A stretch of 35,054 nucleotides of DNA from Thraustochytrium aureum. Lineage: Eukaryota. Location of the stretch: the NCBI GenBank assembly GCA_012862495.1, contig BLSG01000221.1, forward strand, positions 62,001 through 97,054, given 5' to 3'. The notes beneath the pieces are model-generated. The model searched no databases and was not told where the DNA came from. It saw only the letters and a program-made list of their open reading frames with translations. This document shows, piece after piece, positions 31,769 to 35,054 of the stretch. The position numbers and the translations under genes are program-made. The stretch's first letter is position 1. Every line of letters begins with the position of its first letter.

Positions 31769-32300
31769 TCAACCTCGCACCGTCGATCCCTCCATCTCGC
31801 CGGCCTCTTCGGGAAGACGCTCGTACTCGACGTCGCCGAGGCGTCGCTCCTTCCTGCTACTCAAGGCAGCTGACCAGACCACAAGAAGCAAACCGATCAC
31901 AATCAAACCGCCGCCGACCCCCTGCAGCCCACTGATTGTACCAAGCCCCACCAGCGAGGAAAGACCGAGAGCCACCGGCACCTGGAACGGCCAGAAGGAA
32001 GACACCAACGAGCTCGGGGCGTGCTTGTTGGCAAAAGCCAGCAGGCCATAGCAAAGAGCCGACGAGACGAGCAGCGCATACGTCAGCGGCACAACAGCGC
32101 TGCGCGGGAGGATCCAGCTGTTCGTCTTCGGGTGACTGGGCCCGAATTGGAGAATCTCGAGCTGGAGAGCCCAGCCGACAAAGCAAGCGGCAAAGGCTAC
32201 CACTGAGCCGAACGCGTAGCACCATGCCGTCACATGAACCGGATAGGCTTTCCAGCGCGCCATCCATTTCCCGGAGGTTTGCTCGGAGGCGTTGAATATC
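31769..32300 (-). CDS. EamA/DMT (WAT1-like) transporter, C-terminal half; 5' end in gap
   Basis: YPVHVTAWCYAFG, LTYALLVSSALCYGLLAFANKH, SLVSSFWPFQVP, VGGGLIVIGLLLVVW; about 5 hydrophobic segments. Confidence 0.85.
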
Positions 32301-33034
32301 NNNNNNNNNNNNNNNNNNNNNNNNNNNNNNNNNNNNNNNNNNNNNNNNNNNNNNNNNNNNNNNNNNNNNNNNNNNNNNNNNNNNNNNNNNNNNNNNNNNN
32401 NNNNNNNNNNNNNNNNNNNNNNNNNNNNNNNNNNNNNNNNNNNNNNNNNNNNNNNNNNNNNNNNNNNNNNNNNNNNNNNNNNNNNNNNNNNNNNNNNNNN
32501 NNNNNNNNNNNNNNNNNNNNNNNNNNNNNNNNNNNNNNNNNNNNNNNNNNNNNNNNNNNNNNNNNNNNNNNNNNNNNNNNNNNNNNNNNNNNNNNNNNNN
32601 NNNNNNNNNNNNNNNNNNNNNNNNNNNNNNNNNNNNNNNNNNNNNNNNNNNNNNNNNNNNNNNNNNNNNNNNNNNNNNNNNNNNNNNNNNNNNNNNNNNN
32701 NNNNNNNNNNNNNNNNNNNNNNNNNNNNNNNNNNNNNNNNNNNNNNNNNNNNNNNNNNNNNNNNNNNNNNNNNNNNNNNNNNNNNNNNNNNNNNNNNNNN
32801 NNNNNNNNNNNNNNNNNNNNNNNNNNNNNNNNNNNNNNNNNNNNNNNNNNNNNNNNNNNNNNNNNNNNNNNNNNNGGGATGGCAAAACCGCCAGCAGTTA
32901 GCAGCTGCAGAGCCCGAACGACTCGGAGCACGAGCAGGAGCAGCAGGAGCAGGAGCAGCAGGAGCAGGCGCAGGCGCAGGAGCGGGGCACGCGTGCGAGG
33001 GGGCGAGGGAGGGCAGGGCGAGCTGGTAGCGGCG

Positions 33035-34624
33035 ATGGGGGACGGTGTGCCGGAACGGCTGGGGCCGTGGAAGGTCGGCGCCAAGTTGGGCTCCGGCGCG
33101 TTCAGCTCCGTGTACGCCTGCGAACTCGCGGTGGAGGCGCCGCGCGGGGTGCTGGAAAAGGACCTGCGCGCGGCGCGAGAGGGCGAGTGGGTGCTCAAGA
33201 TATCGAAGAAGGACTCGGCGGCGGAGAGTAAGAGGCGGAGCAGGAACAAGCAAGCGTCCGGGGCGACCTTGCTGTTTCAAGAGTACAACATCTACCGCGT
33301 GCTGAGCGAGGAGGGGGTGGCCAGGATCGGCGCGTTTCCCGCCACACCTGGGCCCACGTCGTGGAAGTACATGGACACTGGCGGGTTTGTCTACATCGCG
33401 ATGCAGCGCCTCGGCGCGAGCGTCCGGGAGCGCGTCGACCGGCAAGGCAGCCGTGTCGGCCCGCTCGCAGCCTTCAACGTCGCAGCGCAGCTCTTGCGGG
33501 CCCTCCAGAGCATTCACAGCATCGGATACGTGTACAGGGACGTCAAGCCAGAAAATTTCATGCTCGGCCGTGGCGCCGACGCGGATCGCGTCTTCGTGGT
33601 CGATTTCGGGGCTGCTTTTAAGAATATCCTGCACACAGGGAAACAGACAAGGGACGCGACGGGGCCCGCGGGGACGCCTCTGTACATGAGTCTTAACATT
33701 CACGAATCGGGGCCGCCCGCTCCGCGGGACGACCTCATGTCCCTTGGGTACATGCTGCTGTGGATGCTGACGGGGGAGCTGCCCTGGGCCAACGAGGCGA
33801 GCGAAGCCGCGATCGTCGCCAAGAAAAAGGCCCTGAGCCCCGCTAAGCTCAGCAGCCGAGTTTCTCCTGCGGATGCGGCTGGGGCTTTTCAACAGTACCT
33901 CTCAAGTGTGATCGAGCTCGAGCTGGACGACCCGGTAGACTACGACAGCCTCTACGACACACTGTGTGCTCCGCTTGGGGGATCAGTGGATGTGAATTCG
34001 CTGGTTCGGGGCGGGATCGCTTGGGGTGCGAGTGAGAGTCGCACGCCACAGCCTGCCGCGGGCAGGGGCAAACGCGCCCGCTCGAAAGTCGCACAGCGAC
34101 GCGAAGAAGAGCCACAGCCAGCGGTGGGCGATGCGGAGGACGAGGGCGAGGTCTGCATTGTAGAGCGACCAAGTTTGCGGCGAGCCCGCGCGAGGGCGCC
34201 TGCCGCCGCAGGCGCAGCTGCGGCCAAGCCGCGCGTTCGCAAGGTGCGTAAGCAGGAGCAGGAGCAGACTGAGAACGAGGACATCTCCAACTTGCACAAG
34301 GAATCGAGCGAAGCCCGAACTTCGATTAAGCGCAAACGCGCGTGCGCCCCTGCGACGAGAGCGAAGCCAGTGTCGAGCGTCGCTGCCGCTTCCTCAGAGG
34401 CGCCCGGGCAGGCGCGTGACGACCCGGGTCTGCGCCGCTCGAAGCGCCTTCGCCAGTCCGCGACCCTCCAGGTACGTTAGTTTGGTTCAGAAGGGTCTGT
34501 CTGGAGGCGTTCGCCGCCGCTCTGCTGACAGTGAAACGCGTGTGGGCTCCTGGTCGCACAGAACGCCGTCTACGGCGCAGTCCTTGGCGCTGCCTTCTAT
34601 GGCGCCTCGATGACCTTGATCTGA
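33035..34624 (+). CDS. Casein kinase 1 / VRK-family Ser/Thr kinase; exons 33035-34471 and 34562-34624 (unspliced form stops at 34480)
   Basis: LGSGAFSSVY, VLKI, YRDVKPENFML, DFG, GTPLYMS, RDDLMSLGYML, ELPW; basic tail RRSKRLR. Alternative in-frame ATG at 32879. Confidence 0.85.
34472..34561 (+). other. Predicted 90-nt phase-0 GT-AG intron at the kinase 3' end
   Basis: CAG|GTACGT donor, GCTGAC branch at 34524, GCACAG acceptor. Confidence 0.75.
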
Positions 34625-34633
34625 ACTTTCCTC

Positions 34634-34639
34634 AATAAA
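34634..34639 (+). promoter_or_regulatory. Candidate polyadenylation signal AATAAA
   Basis: Starts 10 nt after the predicted terminal-exon stop, in GC-rich context. Confidence 0.45.
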
Positions 34640-35054
34640 CCTGAGAGCTCTGGCTAGAGCATGCTTGCGCCAGGATCGTGTGCCGGCAGTAGACAGGCAA
34701 CGGGATCGAGTAGGACACCAACCTTTGGAACGAAGCCAAATGCAGCCAAACCTTTCCGTTTTTTTCCCTCACTCGTGTCGCGAGCCGAACTCGACCGAAC
34801 TCGACCGAGGCACGCACGCCCAAGGAGGATCGATCCGACTCACATCAAAGGAGGACCATCCGTGGCGCCTCCGCCCATCCACGCTCACGGTCCCACGGTC
34901 CACGACAAATCCTTCCGAACCGAGTCCGTGCGCCTGCCACACGCCAAGACTACGCTGAACACACGGCCAATCCTCGGGACAAGTATTGCCGATCCGGTGC
35001 CGGTTGCCAGGCCAACGCGCATCAGGCCGACGCGCATCAGGCAGCCCGCATGCA

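Noticed and set aside
31769..33892. 707-aa minus-strand ORF
   Set aside because: Chimera of the kinase antisense frame, Ns and the EamA C-terminus
34640..35054. Short ORFs and small repeats (CGAACTCGAC x2, ACGCGCATCAGGC x2) at the window end
   Set aside because: No coding signature or element structure visible within the window

Overview
GC-rich, intron-poor eukaryotic scaffold with 12 N-gaps and about 14 densely packed genes. The gene set (plant-type CBL, ciliary STPG1/CCDC17/NPHP3-like genes) suggests a flagellated protist, possibly a stramenopile such as a thraustochytrid; that taxon is an inference. In order: amidohydrolase-like gene (5'-truncated), calcineurin B-like Ca2+ sensor (1 intron), METTL21-type methyltransferase, STPG1, RIO1, unknown 2-TM protein, bacterial-type AlkZ-like (QAQ) DNA crosslink glycosylase, CCDC17-like, CHCHD2/10 (partial), RPS18, NuSAP/SAP-like protein, USE1, myristoylated DUF4062-NACHT-TPR protein, EamA/WAT1 transporter (partial), CK1/VRK-like kinase. 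Best observations: (1) the AlkZ-like gene among eukaryotic genes, with a basic N-terminal extension, a candidate horizontally acquired DNA-repair enzyme; (2) a hidden 90-nt intron that gives the kinase a hydrophobic tail anchor. Several frameshifts lie in short G/C runs and some gaps have overlapping flanks, so these look like assembly artefacts. Family calls come from recalled motifs; no database searches were run.
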